Assembly: GCA_963722305.1 (NCBI GenBank)
Contig: CAVRKE010000002.1
Coordinates: 123,878-187,877 of the forward strand
Reading direction: 5' to 3'
DNA: 64,000 bases
From: Candidatus Levyibacteriota bacterium
GTDB taxonomy: Bacteria; Patescibacteriota; Microgenomatia; Levybacterales; UBA12049
Shown here: positions 30,138 through 39,760 of the stretch, piece by piece
How the letters are laid out: each line of letters opens with the position of its first letter
Position numbering within the stretch: the first letter of the stretch is position 1
The notes under the pieces: generated by a model
Told to the model about the DNA's origin: nothing
The model's database searches: none
The model's input: the letters and a program-made list of their open reading frames with translations, nothing else
Translations under genes and position numbers: made by a program

Positions 30138-30785
30138 TTATTTATTTTTATACCAAACTGCCCATGCCCATTTACCAAACATCATGTTTATTTTTGAATT
30201 ACTAGCATAAGGGCCAAAAATTTCTTCAAGTTCTTCTTTTGTATAATAATTTTTAATAACTTTGTATTTTTTATCGCCAACCTTTCTTATTCTGAATGTG
30301 TCCTTACCTTTCTTAATCAACTCCGCATTTTCCTCATGTAAAACATTGTCGCAAAGAAAAACCATCGAATCACTTTTCAAAACTCGATGAAATTCTTTTA
30401 GAAATTTTGTGATGTCCTTTCTTAGAATGTGAGAAAACCAAAAACAGGCAACTCCACCAGTAAAAGAATTATTTTTATAGTAAAGTTTATTTGCGTCTGC
30501 GATTTCAAAATCAACAGGACACAAATACTTTTTCGATTTAGCTAACTCAAGAACTTCCTGAACTGCATCTGTTGCCTTAATTGTTTTAGCGACTTTTGAA
30601 ATAATACCTGTCCAATAACCAGTACCGCAGGCTATCTCAATTATTTCCTTTTGTTTGAATAACTTTATTAAAATTGTATCTATCTTTTTGGCATCTTCGA
30701 TTCTGCCTGGTTCGTTTCGGAAATACATACTTTTGTCGTATTCCGGCGCCCTATCTTTATAATAAGTCTTAATATTCGTTATCAT
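30138..30785 (-). CDS. Class I SAM-dependent methyltransferase inserted between carA and carB
   Basis: SAM motif IEIACGTGYWT. 4-nt overlap with carA and 1-nt spacing to carB. Confidence 0.7.
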   Translation of the reverse strand: MITNIKTYYKDRAPEYDKSMYFRNEPGRIEDAKKIDTILIKLFKQKEIIEIACGTGYWTGIISKVAKTIKATDAVQEVLELAKSKKYLCPVDFEIADANKLYYKNNSFTGGVACFWFSHILRKDITKFLKEFHRVLKSDSMVFLCDNVLHEENAELIKKGKDTFRIRKVGDKKYKVIKNYYTKEELEEIFGPYASNSKINMMFGKWAWAVWYKNK

Positions 30786-31822
30786 ATTTTTCCTAAGAAA
30801 TAATCAAATATCCATTCCGTGTCTTGTGGGCCGGGAGTGGCTTCGGGATGAAATTGGGCCGACATAAAAGGCAAATTGTTATGAATTATTCCTTCATTGG
30901 TCTTATCGTTGGCGTTTGTAAACCAGGGTTTAAATCCCGCGGGAATTTTAGAAACTGCAAACCCGTGATTTTGAGTAGTAATAAAACAGCGGCTTGAACC
31001 TTCCATAATGCATGGTTGGTTTTGACTACGGTGTCCGTATTTTAGCTTTTGAGTATCTCCACCCGCTGCCAGAGCCAAGATTTGATTCCCTAAACAAATT
31101 CCTAAAATTGGAATTTTTCTATCCAATGCGCCTTTGGCGGTCTGAATTGTTTTCGTTGCCATCTTCGGATCTCCGGGTCCGTTTGAAATTAAGATGGCAT
31201 CAAATTGCTTACCGTCTTTCACGACAAATGGATTGTAATCCCAGGGAACGGTTATGAGGTTTACTCCTCTTTTTAGAAGCGCCCTTTGGATGTTATTTTT
31301 GGCTCCACAATCAATCAAAAGTATCGTTTTTGAACCCTCACTTTTGAGAAGAACCGGCTTTTTTAGCGAAACCTGGTCAACCAGATTATCAAGATTTGGG
31401 TCATAAAAGGCAATATCTTCTGCGAAAACTATTTTGCCAAGCATTGTTCCTTTTTCCCTTATCTTTTGCGTTAGAAACCTGGTATCTTTTATTTCCAAAA
31501 GAGGAATATTTTCGTCTTTGAACCACTGGGCTAGAGTTTTTTTGCTTTGGAAGTGTGAGGGAGTATCGTTATATGTACTGACAATCAAACCGGAAACCAT
31601 AATTTTATCCGATTCCCAGAACCTGCGGTCCGGCACTCCGTAATTGCCGATTAACGGGTAAGTAAGAACCAGTATCTGTCCTTTATACGAAGGGTCCGTT
31701 AAACTCTCCGGATAGCCCATCATTCCTGTCGCAAAAACCACTTCTCCGGCCGAAGCTTTTTGAGCACCAAAACTTACTCCCGAAATTTCTGTTTTGTCTT
31801 CTAAAATTAGTGTTCCGTTCAT
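30782..31822 (-). CDS. carA: Carbamoyl-phosphate synthase small subunit (glutamine amidotransferase)
   Basis: CarA N-domain and GATase with GICLGNQ. Confidence 0.9.
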   Translation of the reverse strand: MNGTLILEDKTEISGVSFGAQKASAGEVVFATGMMGYPESLTDPSYKGQILVLTYPLIGNYGVPDRRFWESDKIMVSGLIVSTYNDTPSHFQSKKTLAQWFKDENIPLLEIKDTRFLTQKIREKGTMLGKIVFAEDIAFYDPNLDNLVDQVSLKKPVLLKSEGSKTILLIDCGAKNNIQRALLKRGVNLITVPWDYNPFVVKDGKQFDAILISNGPGDPKMATKTIQTAKGALDRKIPILGICLGNQILALAAGGDTQKLKYGHRSQNQPCIMEGSSRCFITTQNHGFAVSKIPAGFKPWFTNANDKTNEGIIHNNLPFMSAQFHPEATPGPQDTEWIFDYFLGKI

Positions 31823-31830
31823 ATTTTTCT

Positions 31831-31856
31831 CAAAAAAAAACGCCCCCCAGGCGTAT
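31831..31856 (-). terminator. Rho-independent terminator (on the minus strand: ACGCC-tgggg-GGCGT followed by T9)
   Basis: GC hairpin followed by a poly-T on the minus strand, upstream of carA. Confidence 0.5.
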
Positions 31857-32012
31857 GTCTAGATCATAAATTGAGTAATAAGCATCTTCTTTGTCATAAA
31901 AAACCAGAACTTTTGGTTCTGGGATTTAACTTTAGCAAAAAAGGGCAAACTAATCAAGAGGGAAAATCAACAGACAGTAATTTTGATAGTAACATTTATG
32001 GGAACTGTACGT

Positions 32013-32828
32013 TTATTTGCGGCGCCAAATCCTATCGTCGTCGAAAAACTCAAAAAAACAAAGCGTACTTATTGCGGAAATTATTAACCAAAAGAAAAAC
32101 TCTTCATAAGGAAAACGACAATTCAGTATCGTAACCCAACCGATAAAGTCTTTTCCGGGGAATTGCCATTGGTTTAAATGCAATCCTGTCAATTCATCCA
32201 ATAAACCTAAATAAAAGAAGTACGGCGCTGTTTTTAGGAATTTGGAAATATATTTCGGGAATTCAATAAGAAATGCAACCGATGGAATTAAAAGCCCGAT
32301 AATTCCTCCTTTTAAATAAAGGTAATCTATTTTTAGTAAATTCGAATTGGTAAAGACAAGCAGCAAAAAAATAGTAAACGAAGGAATGGCAAAATACATA
32401 AAATATTTCATGCGTGAATCCACTAATTTATGTTTACCCTTGTCAAAAAAATGCTCATAAAAAATTACCACAGAATAAAATATTAGAAATCCTCCAATTA
32501 AATCTTCTATAGGTATTGTGTTGAAAATTCTGAACGGGAATATGGTGGTGGTGTACCAAGCATTATTAAGTATCGCCATGTGGTCTACGATTAATGTGCC
32601 CAAAACCGAAGCAGGAAGCGAAAAAATTAGGCTATGGAGAATCGCTTTTTGTGTTCTATAGGAAAGATATAAAGAAGGCATGCCAAAAAATAAAAGTGTG
32701 GAGATCAAATAGCTGGTATTAAATGCGAATGACAAAACAACTGCCAATATTGGGGAAAAGATTAAAAGAAGAATATCCAGCTTTCTTAAATCTCTTTTAT
32801 AGGAAGCCATATAAATAAATCGTAACAA
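32013..32828 (-). CDS. Lycopene-cyclase-domain (CrtYcd-like) integral membrane protein, duplicated domain
   Basis: Seven or eight TM helices with two PxE(E/D) motifs (TIPIEDLIGGF and RFPYEEFFFWL). Confidence 0.45.
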   Translation of the reverse strand: MLRFIYMASYKRDLRKLDILLLIFSPILAVVLSFAFNTSYLISTLLFFGMPSLYLSYRTQKAILHSLIFSLPASVLGTLIVDHMAILNNAWYTTTIFPFRIFNTIPIEDLIGGFLIFYSVVIFYEHFFDKGKHKLVDSRMKYFMYFAIPSFTIFLLLVFTNSNLLKIDYLYLKGGIIGLLIPSVAFLIEFPKYISKFLKTAPYFFYLGLLDELTGLHLNQWQFPGKDFIGWVTILNCRFPYEEFFFWLIISAISTLCFFEFFDDDRIWRRK

Positions 32829-32872
32829 TATTCAGGCAATTCGGCAAGACGTGAAGAATTATTTATCGAACC

Positions 32873-35572
32873 TTAATTGGGGTAATGACACTTCTTATAT
32901 TTCTTTCCTGAACCGCACCAGCAGGGATCGTTTCGGCCTAACTTTTTTCCGGTTGAGCCGGATTTTGTTTCGTTTGAAGTTGAACTACTAGTGTTTGTTT
33001 GAACATTTGCTGAAACCTCTCCGTTTGAGCTGGTTCCGGCGCCGGCCGGCTGAGCAATAATGTGCTGGTGTTGTTCTTGTGGCATCGGCGGTGCTTGAAC
33101 TTGAATTCTGTATATTCGGTGCACAATTTGGTCATCAATTTCATTTATTAATTTTTCAAACATTTTGAACGCTTCATTTTTGTATTCAACCAACGGATCC
33201 TTCTGCCCGTAGCCCCTAAGCCCAATTCCCTGTCTTAAGTTTTCTATTGCGTCCAAGTGGTCCATCCATAAACTGTCAACTACCGAAAGCATCACAAACC
33301 TTTCTACCTGTCTCATCAACTCTGTCCCCATCTGCTTTTCCCGTTGAGCATAAACATCCGTAGCAATATTGGTCATAAAATTTATCTTTTCTTCCGGAGA
33401 ACTAATCTGCTCTAATTGCATAACAATCTGTTTTTGTGAGGCTTCATCAAACGGAATCACCGTGGCAAATTCTTGAACTGTTTTTTCCGTTGGTGAACCA
33501 TCAAGGTAGTTTTCGCTATTCAAGGAAACAATGGCTGAAACCGAAGCTTGAATTTTTGCCAAAATTTCCTGCTTTAATTCTTCGGATTCCTCCGAAGCCT
33601 CTAAAATTGTTCTTCTCCTTGAATAAATTATTTCCCTTTGCTTATTTAAAACATCGTCATATTCAACCAAATGCTTTCGGATGTCAAAATTGTACCCTTC
33701 AACTTTTATCTGCGCTTGTTCAATGGCGCGGGAAACTAATGGGTGTTGCAGGGGGACATTTTCCGGCATATTGAAGCGAGTCATCAGCCCCGAGATTGTA
33801 TCGCCGCCAAAAAGCCGCATAATTTCATCGTCTAATCCAACGAAGAACTGTGATAAACCCGGGTCGCCCTGTCTTCCCGAACGACCCCTTAACTGGTTAT
33901 CTATCCTTCTTGACTCATGCCTTTCGGTTCCGATGACATATAAGCCACCCAAATCCAAAATCTCCTGGTGTTTTTTCTCCCAAGCTTTCAATTCTTTTTC
34001 ATTCGTTGGCGGTTCTCCGCCTAAAATAATATCAACACCGCGACCCGCCATATTGGTGGCCACGGTGACAGCTCCTTTTTCTCCTGCGTTGGCAATTATC
34101 TCTGCTTCCCGAAGATGGTTCTTAGCGTTTAGGATTTCATGCTTTATCCCCTTTCTTTTTAAGAGCTCGGAAATAATTTCATTTTTCTCAATTGAAGTTG
34201 TTCCAACCAAAACCGGCTGTCCTTTGGCATGAGCCTTTTCGATTTCCAGTGCCACCGCGGAATATTTGGCCCTGGCAGTTTTATAAATGGCGTCCGACAT
34301 GTCTTTTCTAATCATCGTTCTGTGGGTTGGTATTACCACCACATCCAGTTTATAAATCTTGTGAAACTCCTCAGCCTCCGTCACCGCAGTTCCGGTCATC
34401 CCGGCTAAACACGTATACATCCTAAAATAGTTCTGCAGAGATACCGTTGCCAATGTTTTTGATTCTTTTTGGATTGGCACATTTTCTTTGGCCTCAATTG
34501 CTTGATGTAATCCTTCCGAAAGTCTCCTGCCAACCATTAATCTTCCGGTGAACTCATCAACTAAAATTACTTCGTTATCCTTTACGATATAGTCTTTTTC
34601 TTTATGGAATAAGGTCCGTGCTTTTAAGGCTGCTTCCAAGTGATAAACAGTATCAAAATCCTTTTCATAGATATTGGCAATGCCATAAATTTTTTCGATC
34701 TTGCCTATTCCGTGTTCGGTTAAATGAGCCGTTCTTAATTTTTCATCAATTTTATAATCGATTTCCGGAGTCAGTTTATCGACCAATTTGGCATACTCAT
34801 AATATTTTTGCGTTGGCGCTTCATCCGGTGCGGAAATTATATGCGGAGTCCTCGCTTCATCGATTAAGACCGAGTCAACCTCATCAACAATTGCAAAGTA
34901 AAAACCGCGCTGAACAAGCATCGATTTGTCCTGGGCCATATTATCACGAAGATAGTCAAATCCAAACTCCGAATTAATTCCGTAAACGACATCTTTTTCA
35001 TACGCTTCTTTTCTGGAAATTGGTTTTAGGTGCGTGAGCCTTGGATCATGCGTTTCTTTATTGATAAACGACGGATCATACACAAAAGATTCTTCGCTAA
35101 TCATTGACGCTGTGGTTAGTCCCAGGAAATGAAAAATCGGTCCCATCCAACCGGCATCACGTCTGGCCAGATAATCGTTGACTGTCACCAAATGCACGCC
35201 TTTATCGGTTAAAGCGTGCAGATACAATGCCGGCGTTGCCGATAAAGTTTTTCCTTCTCCGGTTTTTTGTTCGGCAATTTTCCCTTCCGAAAGCGAAATT
35301 GCTGCCATCAGCTGGACATCAAAATGCCTTTGCCCGATTGTTCGATGAGCCGCCTCGCGAACCAGAGCAAAAGCTTCGGGAAGAATGTGTTCTAATGGTT
35401 CTCCTTCTTTTATCCTTTCTTTAAATTCTTTAGTTTTTTTCGGAAATTCGGCATCTTTTAGTTTTTTTGTCTTTTCTTCCAAAGAATTTATTTTTTCAAC
35501 AATGGGAGTCAACCTTTTTATTTCTTTTTCGTTTGAATCAAAAAACTTACTAAAAACATTTAAGCCTAACAT
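32873..35572 (-). CDS. secA: Preprotein translocase ATPase SecA
   Basis: DEAD motor and C-terminal zinc finger CWCGSGKKYKKCH. Start refined to MLGLNVFSKFF. The ORF-track extension reads through an upstream terminator. Confidence 0.95.
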   Translation of the reverse strand: MLGLNVFSKFFDSNEKEIKRLTPIVEKINSLEEKTKKLKDAEFPKKTKEFKERIKEGEPLEHILPEAFALVREAAHRTIGQRHFDVQLMAAISLSEGKIAEQKTGEGKTLSATPALYLHALTDKGVHLVTVNDYLARRDAGWMGPIFHFLGLTTASMISEESFVYDPSFINKETHDPRLTHLKPISRKEAYEKDVVYGINSEFGFDYLRDNMAQDKSMLVQRGFYFAIVDEVDSVLIDEARTPHIISAPDEAPTQKYYEYAKLVDKLTPEIDYKIDEKLRTAHLTEHGIGKIEKIYGIANIYEKDFDTVYHLEAALKARTLFHKEKDYIVKDNEVILVDEFTGRLMVGRRLSEGLHQAIEAKENVPIQKESKTLATVSLQNYFRMYTCLAGMTGTAVTEAEEFHKIYKLDVVVIPTHRTMIRKDMSDAIYKTARAKYSAVALEIEKAHAKGQPVLVGTTSIEKNEIISELLKRKGIKHEILNAKNHLREAEIIANAGEKGAVTVATNMAGRGVDIILGGEPPTNEKELKAWEKKHQEILDLGGLYVIGTERHESRRIDNQLRGRSGRQGDPGLSQFFVGLDDEIMRLFGGDTISGLMTRFNMPENVPLQHPLVSRAIEQAQIKVEGYNFDIRKHLVEYDDVLNKQREIIYSRRRTILEASEESEELKQEILAKIQASVSAIVSLNSENYLDGSPTEKTVQEFATVIPFDEASQKQIVMQLEQISSPEEKINFMTNIATDVYAQREKQMGTELMRQVERFVMLSVVDSLWMDHLDAIENLRQGIGLRGYGQKDPLVEYKNEAFKMFEKLINEIDDQIVHRIYRIQVQAPPMPQEQHQHIIAQPAGAGTSSNGEVSANVQTNTSSSTSNETKSGSTGKKLGRNDPCWCGSGKKYKKCHYPN

Positions 35573-35600
35573 AATACTAATTTTATCACAATTGAGGCAT

Positions 35601-35634
35601 AAAAAACCCCTCACATTTTTTAAATGTGAGGGGA
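35601..35634 (-). terminator. Intrinsic terminator (CCCTCACAT...ATGTGAGGG followed by T6 on the minus strand)
   Basis: 9-11-bp GC-containing stem followed by tttttt, 30 nt upstream of the secA start. Confidence 0.7.
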
Positions 35635-35683
35635 CCAATTGATCAATTGGCAATAATTGGTAATACTCCAAATTGCTTACCAA

Positions 35684-35722
35684 CTATTTCTTCTTTTTCT
35701 TTGCCTTCTTTTTCTTTGCCAT
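35684..35722 (-). CDS. 12-codon Lys-rich mini-ORF (MAKKKKAKKKKK) with a consensus SD; a leader-peptide candidate
   Basis: AAGGAGGTGA 7 nt upstream of the ATG. A TTGACA lies about 90 nt upstream. The ORF is followed by the terminator and then secA. Confidence 0.35.
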   Translation of the reverse strand: MAKKKKAKKKKK

Positions 35723-35883
35723 GGACAGATCACCTCCTTATAAATTCGCTCAAATTTAAAACAATAAAGATGAACGGCAATTACTTTTATCTTGTATTAT
35801 TTTGTTTGTCTTGTCAAGATTTTTTCTTTGCTTCAAAACCGAAAGTTTAGATTGATTTAACAACAAAAATCAAAGAGGCTATT

Positions 35884-37143
35884 TTATGCAATATTTTTAA
35901 TTATTTTTTTATTAATGTATTTTTGTAAAACTTTTGGAACTATTATACTACCGTCTTTTTGCTGATAGTTTTCCAAAATTGCAATAATCGGTCTGTTCAT
36001 CGAATAGGCTGTTCCGTTTAGCACATACAGATATTTTTTGGCTTGTCCGTCCTGATATTTCATATTTAATCTCCTTGACTGGAAATCCGTAACGGTTGAA
36101 ACCGATGTTACCTCACGGTATCTTTCCTGAGATGGGATCCAAGCCTCAATATCATATTTTCTGGCTGCCGGAAATCCTAAATCGCCACTGCACATTTTTA
36201 CTACCTGATAGGGAATTTCCAGAGCTTGAAAAAACTTTTCTTCCAAAGACAACAAATATTCATGCTCCTCGTCATCCTTACCTTCTTCAACAAACGAAAC
36301 CATTTCTACTTTGTCAAACTGATGAACCCGGAAAATACCTCTGACATCTTTTCCGTAACTTCCTGCTTCTCTTCTAAAACAAGTCGAAAATCCGACAAAT
36401 CGTTTCGGTAAATCTTTTTTACTAAGGACTTCATCTTTAAACATTGGCACAATTGATTGTTCGGACGTACCAACCAAATAAAACCCGTCTCTGTCCAAAG
36501 AAAAGATATTCTCGCCTTCCCCCATTTGCGTATAACCAAGCCCGTCCATAATTTCTTTTCTGATAAGCACCGGCGGAAGAACCGGAGTAAAACCTTCCTT
36601 AATCAAAGTTTCGAACGCCAATTGTTTTAGAGCAAACTCCAAGAGCACTCCGTCATTCTTAAGGTAAGTAAAACGCGGACCGGAAACTTTAGCAGCTGTC
36701 CTGACATCAATGATGTCAAGCGCTTCTCCCAACTCCAAATGGTCTTTCACTTTAAAAGTAAATTTTGTCGGTTTCCCATATTTTCTGACTACTTCATTTT
36801 CCGACTCATCTTTTCCGACCTTAACATCGGCTTTGGCTAAATTCGGAATTGACATCAGAGCCTTTTGATATTCCTGTCTGACACTATCAAGAACCTTTTC
36901 TTCTTTTTCCAGCCTTACTCTTATTTCTCTGCCTTTATTTATCGCTTCTTCTTTATTAGCGGCACTGGAGATATTTTTTGCCAATCTATTTCTTTCTTCT
37001 CTTAATTTTTGGGCCATTGAATCTATTTCTCGAAATCTTGCGTCGAGCTCGCTGATGTAGTCGATGTTAATTTTTATTCCTTTTTCCAGAGCCTTTTTTT
37101 CAACCAGTTTTGGGTTTTCCCTGATTAATTTTGGATCAAGCAT
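35884..37143 (-). CDS. serS: Seryl-tRNA synthetase
   Basis: N-terminal coiled-coil arm and class II core motifs. Confidence 0.95.
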   Translation of the reverse strand: MLDPKLIRENPKLVEKKALEKGIKINIDYISELDARFREIDSMAQKLREERNRLAKNISSAANKEEAINKGREIRVRLEKEEKVLDSVRQEYQKALMSIPNLAKADVKVGKDESENEVVRKYGKPTKFTFKVKDHLELGEALDIIDVRTAAKVSGPRFTYLKNDGVLLEFALKQLAFETLIKEGFTPVLPPVLIRKEIMDGLGYTQMGEGENIFSLDRDGFYLVGTSEQSIVPMFKDEVLSKKDLPKRFVGFSTCFRREAGSYGKDVRGIFRVHQFDKVEMVSFVEEGKDDEEHEYLLSLEEKFFQALEIPYQVVKMCSGDLGFPAARKYDIEAWIPSQERYREVTSVSTVTDFQSRRLNMKYQDGQAKKYLYVLNGTAYSMNRPIIAILENYQQKDGSIIVPKVLQKYINKKIIKNIA

Positions 37144-37152
37144 AGTTTAATT

Positions 37153-37782
37153 TTAAATTGAAGTTAAACCCAATTGCTTCTTCATAATTGGTTTTAACTT
37201 GTTTATTGCCTTATATCTATGATTATATAATTTTTGCTCGTTTTTTGAAAGCTCACTCTCATGGTAAAACTTATTTATCTTTGGAATAAAGAAAAAAGAC
37301 CGGTAAGGATAACCTTTTAAGATTTTCAATAATGGCTTTTCGGCAATTACACCGTCAACTTTCCCCTCAACGCTCCAAATCCTACCGTCTGGCAGGGCAA
37401 AAGAAACAATTGTCCTAAACACAGCTTTTCGATTATCTTTTGGCAAAGATTTTGAGATTTTTAACATATGATTGACTAACTCTTCATCTGTTGCTTCGTA
37501 ACCGAGCCAGCGTCTCGACCTTATCCCGGGTTGATTATTTAAGGCCGAAATTTCTATTCCGCCGTCGTCGGCAATTGTCGGTAAATCCGCTAATTTAGAA
37601 AAAAATATTGCCTTTTTTTGCGAATTTTCCCGGTAGGTTTTTCCGTCTTCTTCAATATCTTCCGTAATTCCTAAGTCATGAAGAGAAACTATTTCCAATG
37701 GCAAATCCTTTAAAAATTCCTTAAACTCTCCGACCTTTCCCTCATTTTTAGTAGCAATTAATAATTTATATCGAGGTTTCAT
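37153..37782 (-). CDS. rdgB: Non-canonical purine NTP pyrophosphatase (Ham1/RdgB)
   Basis: LLIATKNEGKVGEF and the conserved ITPase fold. Confidence 0.8.
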   Translation of the reverse strand: MKPRYKLLIATKNEGKVGEFKEFLKDLPLEIVSLHDLGITEDIEEDGKTYRENSQKKAIFFSKLADLPTIADDGGIEISALNNQPGIRSRRWLGYEATDEELVNHMLKISKSLPKDNRKAVFRTIVSFALPDGRIWSVEGKVDGVIAEKPLLKILKGYPYRSFFFIPKINKFYHESELSKNEQKLYNHRYKAINKLKPIMKKQLGLTSI

Positions 37783-39283
37783 TAAATCTTTTTTTCACAA
37801 ACTCCTTATCCAACGATAAAATTAACCAAGCCGCTTTTGGTCCGTGATCTTTACCGATTAAAGAAAGATAAATTGCCGCAAAAGACTGTTTTCCATTCAA
37901 TTTCAATTCTTTTCCGATGTCATAAATTCTGGTCTGAAATTCTTCACCGTTCCATTGCTTGTCTAATTCTTCGCTCAATTGTTTTAAGAATACTTTTTGC
38001 TCTTTAGATAAATTCTGAACTTGAGCCGGTAACTGTTTCTGAATTATGAATTTGTCTTCTTCCGGAGCAAATTGGTCCACCCAAACTCTGGCATATTTTG
38101 CCCATTCTTCAAGTCCTTCTTTTTTAATTTCCTCTTCCATGTTGGGCATCTGTATCCACTGGGATAAAACGGAAAATCTGATTTGTGGAGGTTTTTTAAT
38201 TTCGCTAACTTTGGACAGTTCAAACGCTCTAACTAAATCCTCATCGCCTTTATTGAAAAATGCATCGGCCGCTTTTTGGTAATCATCAAAAAGGCTTGGG
38301 ATCGCAGTTCTTTCTTGCGGATCAAAGTTGCTTTGTGATTTGAAACCGTTTCTGGCAAAAAGAAAACGGGCAACCTCGGGAGGCAATATTTTTACCAAAT
38401 CGTGGGCTTTTAGCCCCAAACCTTTTGATGAAGACATTTTTTTGCCGCCGATTAAAATAAATTCATAAGGTAACCTAAAGGGTTTTGGATAATCAAATAC
38501 TTCTTCACAAAGAGCCATGGCAATATCGTAAGAACCGCCGGCCGAAGCATGGTCTTTTCCCGCCCCTTCGATTGTGATGCCGATTACTTTCCAGTGCGCC
38601 GCCCAATCCACTTTCCAGGGAAGTTTGCCGGTTCCGCCAAAAGGAGTTATTCGGCCTTCATAGCCACAACCCTTAGCCCATTTCACGAGATTTGGTTCAC
38701 ATTTATAAGAAACCTCTTTACCGTCCCAGGCAAAAACTTTGGTTGTTCCAAGCTTGCCGCATTTTTCACAAATAATCTGCAAGGGTAACCAACCGGATGC
38801 TTTTTTTTGACTACCACTAATTGTTTGATAAATATCCTGAATTCTTTCGGCATTATCTAAAGCTTCTTTAATTACTCCATCAAATTTTCCTTGATGATAA
38901 AGTTCCCATGAAGAAAGGATTTTTGCTTCCACCCCTAAACTTCTTATTGAGTTAACAAAATCACCGGCAAAATAATCTGCCAAGTTTGAATATTCGGGAA
39001 CAGGAGATGGAACTTGCTTAAGAGACATACCCATATATTGCCTGAAATCTTCTTTTAATTCCGGAGAGAGTTCGTCCATAGCATCAAAATCATTAATCAC
39101 GAAAGTGAATTTCGGATTTTGACCCGCATCTCGAAGTGCTCTGAAGATCATGCTGTGGATTACCGGCCCCATTAATGAACCGACATGAGAAAAACCGGAG
39201 GGGGTTTTCATGTCGTCAACCCAGTAGGGTTTATGTTTGCCAGAAGCAATGATGTCGCTTGCAACTTTATCCGCCCAAAACAT
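37766..39283 (-). CDS. lysK: Lysyl-tRNA synthetase, class I (archaeal type)
   Basis: HVGS (HIGH-type) and KMSSSKG (KMSKS-type) motifs. Length about 505 aa. Confidence 0.8.
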   Translation of the reverse strand: MFWADKVASDIIASGKHKPYWVDDMKTPSGFSHVGSLMGPVIHSMIFRALRDAGQNPKFTFVINDFDAMDELSPELKEDFRQYMGMSLKQVPSPVPEYSNLADYFAGDFVNSIRSLGVEAKILSSWELYHQGKFDGVIKEALDNAERIQDIYQTISGSQKKASGWLPLQIICEKCGKLGTTKVFAWDGKEVSYKCEPNLVKWAKGCGYEGRITPFGGTGKLPWKVDWAAHWKVIGITIEGAGKDHASAGGSYDIAMALCEEVFDYPKPFRLPYEFILIGGKKMSSSKGLGLKAHDLVKILPPEVARFLFARNGFKSQSNFDPQERTAIPSLFDDYQKAADAFFNKGDEDLVRAFELSKVSEIKKPPQIRFSVLSQWIQMPNMEEEIKKEGLEEWAKYARVWVDQFAPEEDKFIIQKQLPAQVQNLSKEQKVFLKQLSEELDKQWNGEEFQTRIYDIGKELKLNGKQSFAAIYLSLIGKDHGPKAAWLILSLDKEFVKKRFNETSI

Positions 39284-39329
39284 AACCCTATTCTACTACA
39301 AATTAGTAATATAAGAAATAAAATTCTTT

Positions 39330-39581
39330 TTAACTTTGAACTCTTTCTCCCAGTTCGTTTATCCAGGGCACGAGTCGACGTGCTCTATCCGAAGTTCCTG
39401 GGTTAACTTCGTCCGCTTGAACAACTCTCGGTCTAACTATAATTTGTTCTGTTACTGAAGTTCTAAAAGAAATACCTGCTAGGTCTACTTTTCGCGATGA
39501 AGAAAAGCTATGTCTTCCACCATCCGGTTGACTTCCTTCCTGAGCTACTTCTTCTGGTGTCCTACCTGCTAATCTATCCAT
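39330..39581 (-). CDS. Hypothetical 83-aa protein (no recognised family)
   Basis: AGGAGGTGA SD 6 nt upstream of the ATG, preceded by hairpin E3. Confidence 0.45.
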   Translation of the reverse strand: MDRLAGRTPEEVAQEGSQPDGGRHSFSSSRKVDLAGISFRTSVTEQIIVRPRVVQADEVNPGTSDRARRLVPWINELGERVQS

Positions 39582-39600
39582 AATATTTCACCTCCTGACT

Positions 39601-39628
39601 TTAGTGGTGAGCATTGTCGAACCACTAA
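39601..39628 (-). promoter_or_regulatory. Hairpin E3 (stem TTAGTGG/CCACTAA, loop TGAGCATTGTCGAA)
   Basis: The loop matches the E1/E2 loops with a different perfect stem. On the sense strand it is followed by AGGAGGTGA and the ATG of the 83-aa ORF. Confidence 0.55.
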
Positions 39629-39760
39629 AAAACCCTTCCGTTTAGGGATATCTTTTCCGGTAATTGTTAATTACAAAAAGATTCCCTCAGAAGGGCTGCT
39701 TTTTTGCTAACTTTTCTAAATTTAATTTTTCAAAACTTGACATAATTATAAACACATTTA

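Noticed and set aside
31871-32134. 87-aa plus-strand ORF between carA and the lycopene-cyclase-domain gene
   Set aside because: It overlaps the minus-strand terminator and the 3' end of the downstream gene. It is Lys/Arg-rich low complexity without an RBS, so likely spurious.
32845-32885. ATCGAAC...ATGACAC words at the secA 3' end resembling the E-element
   Set aside because: The order and orientation of the words differ from E1-E3, and the region is secA coding sequence. This is probably a chance match.
32873-35683. ORF-track N-terminal extension of secA (start at 35683)
   Set aside because: The extension begins at a TTG right after the mini-ORF stop and reads through an intrinsic terminator. 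The canonical SecA N-terminus MLGLNVFSKFF starts at 35572.
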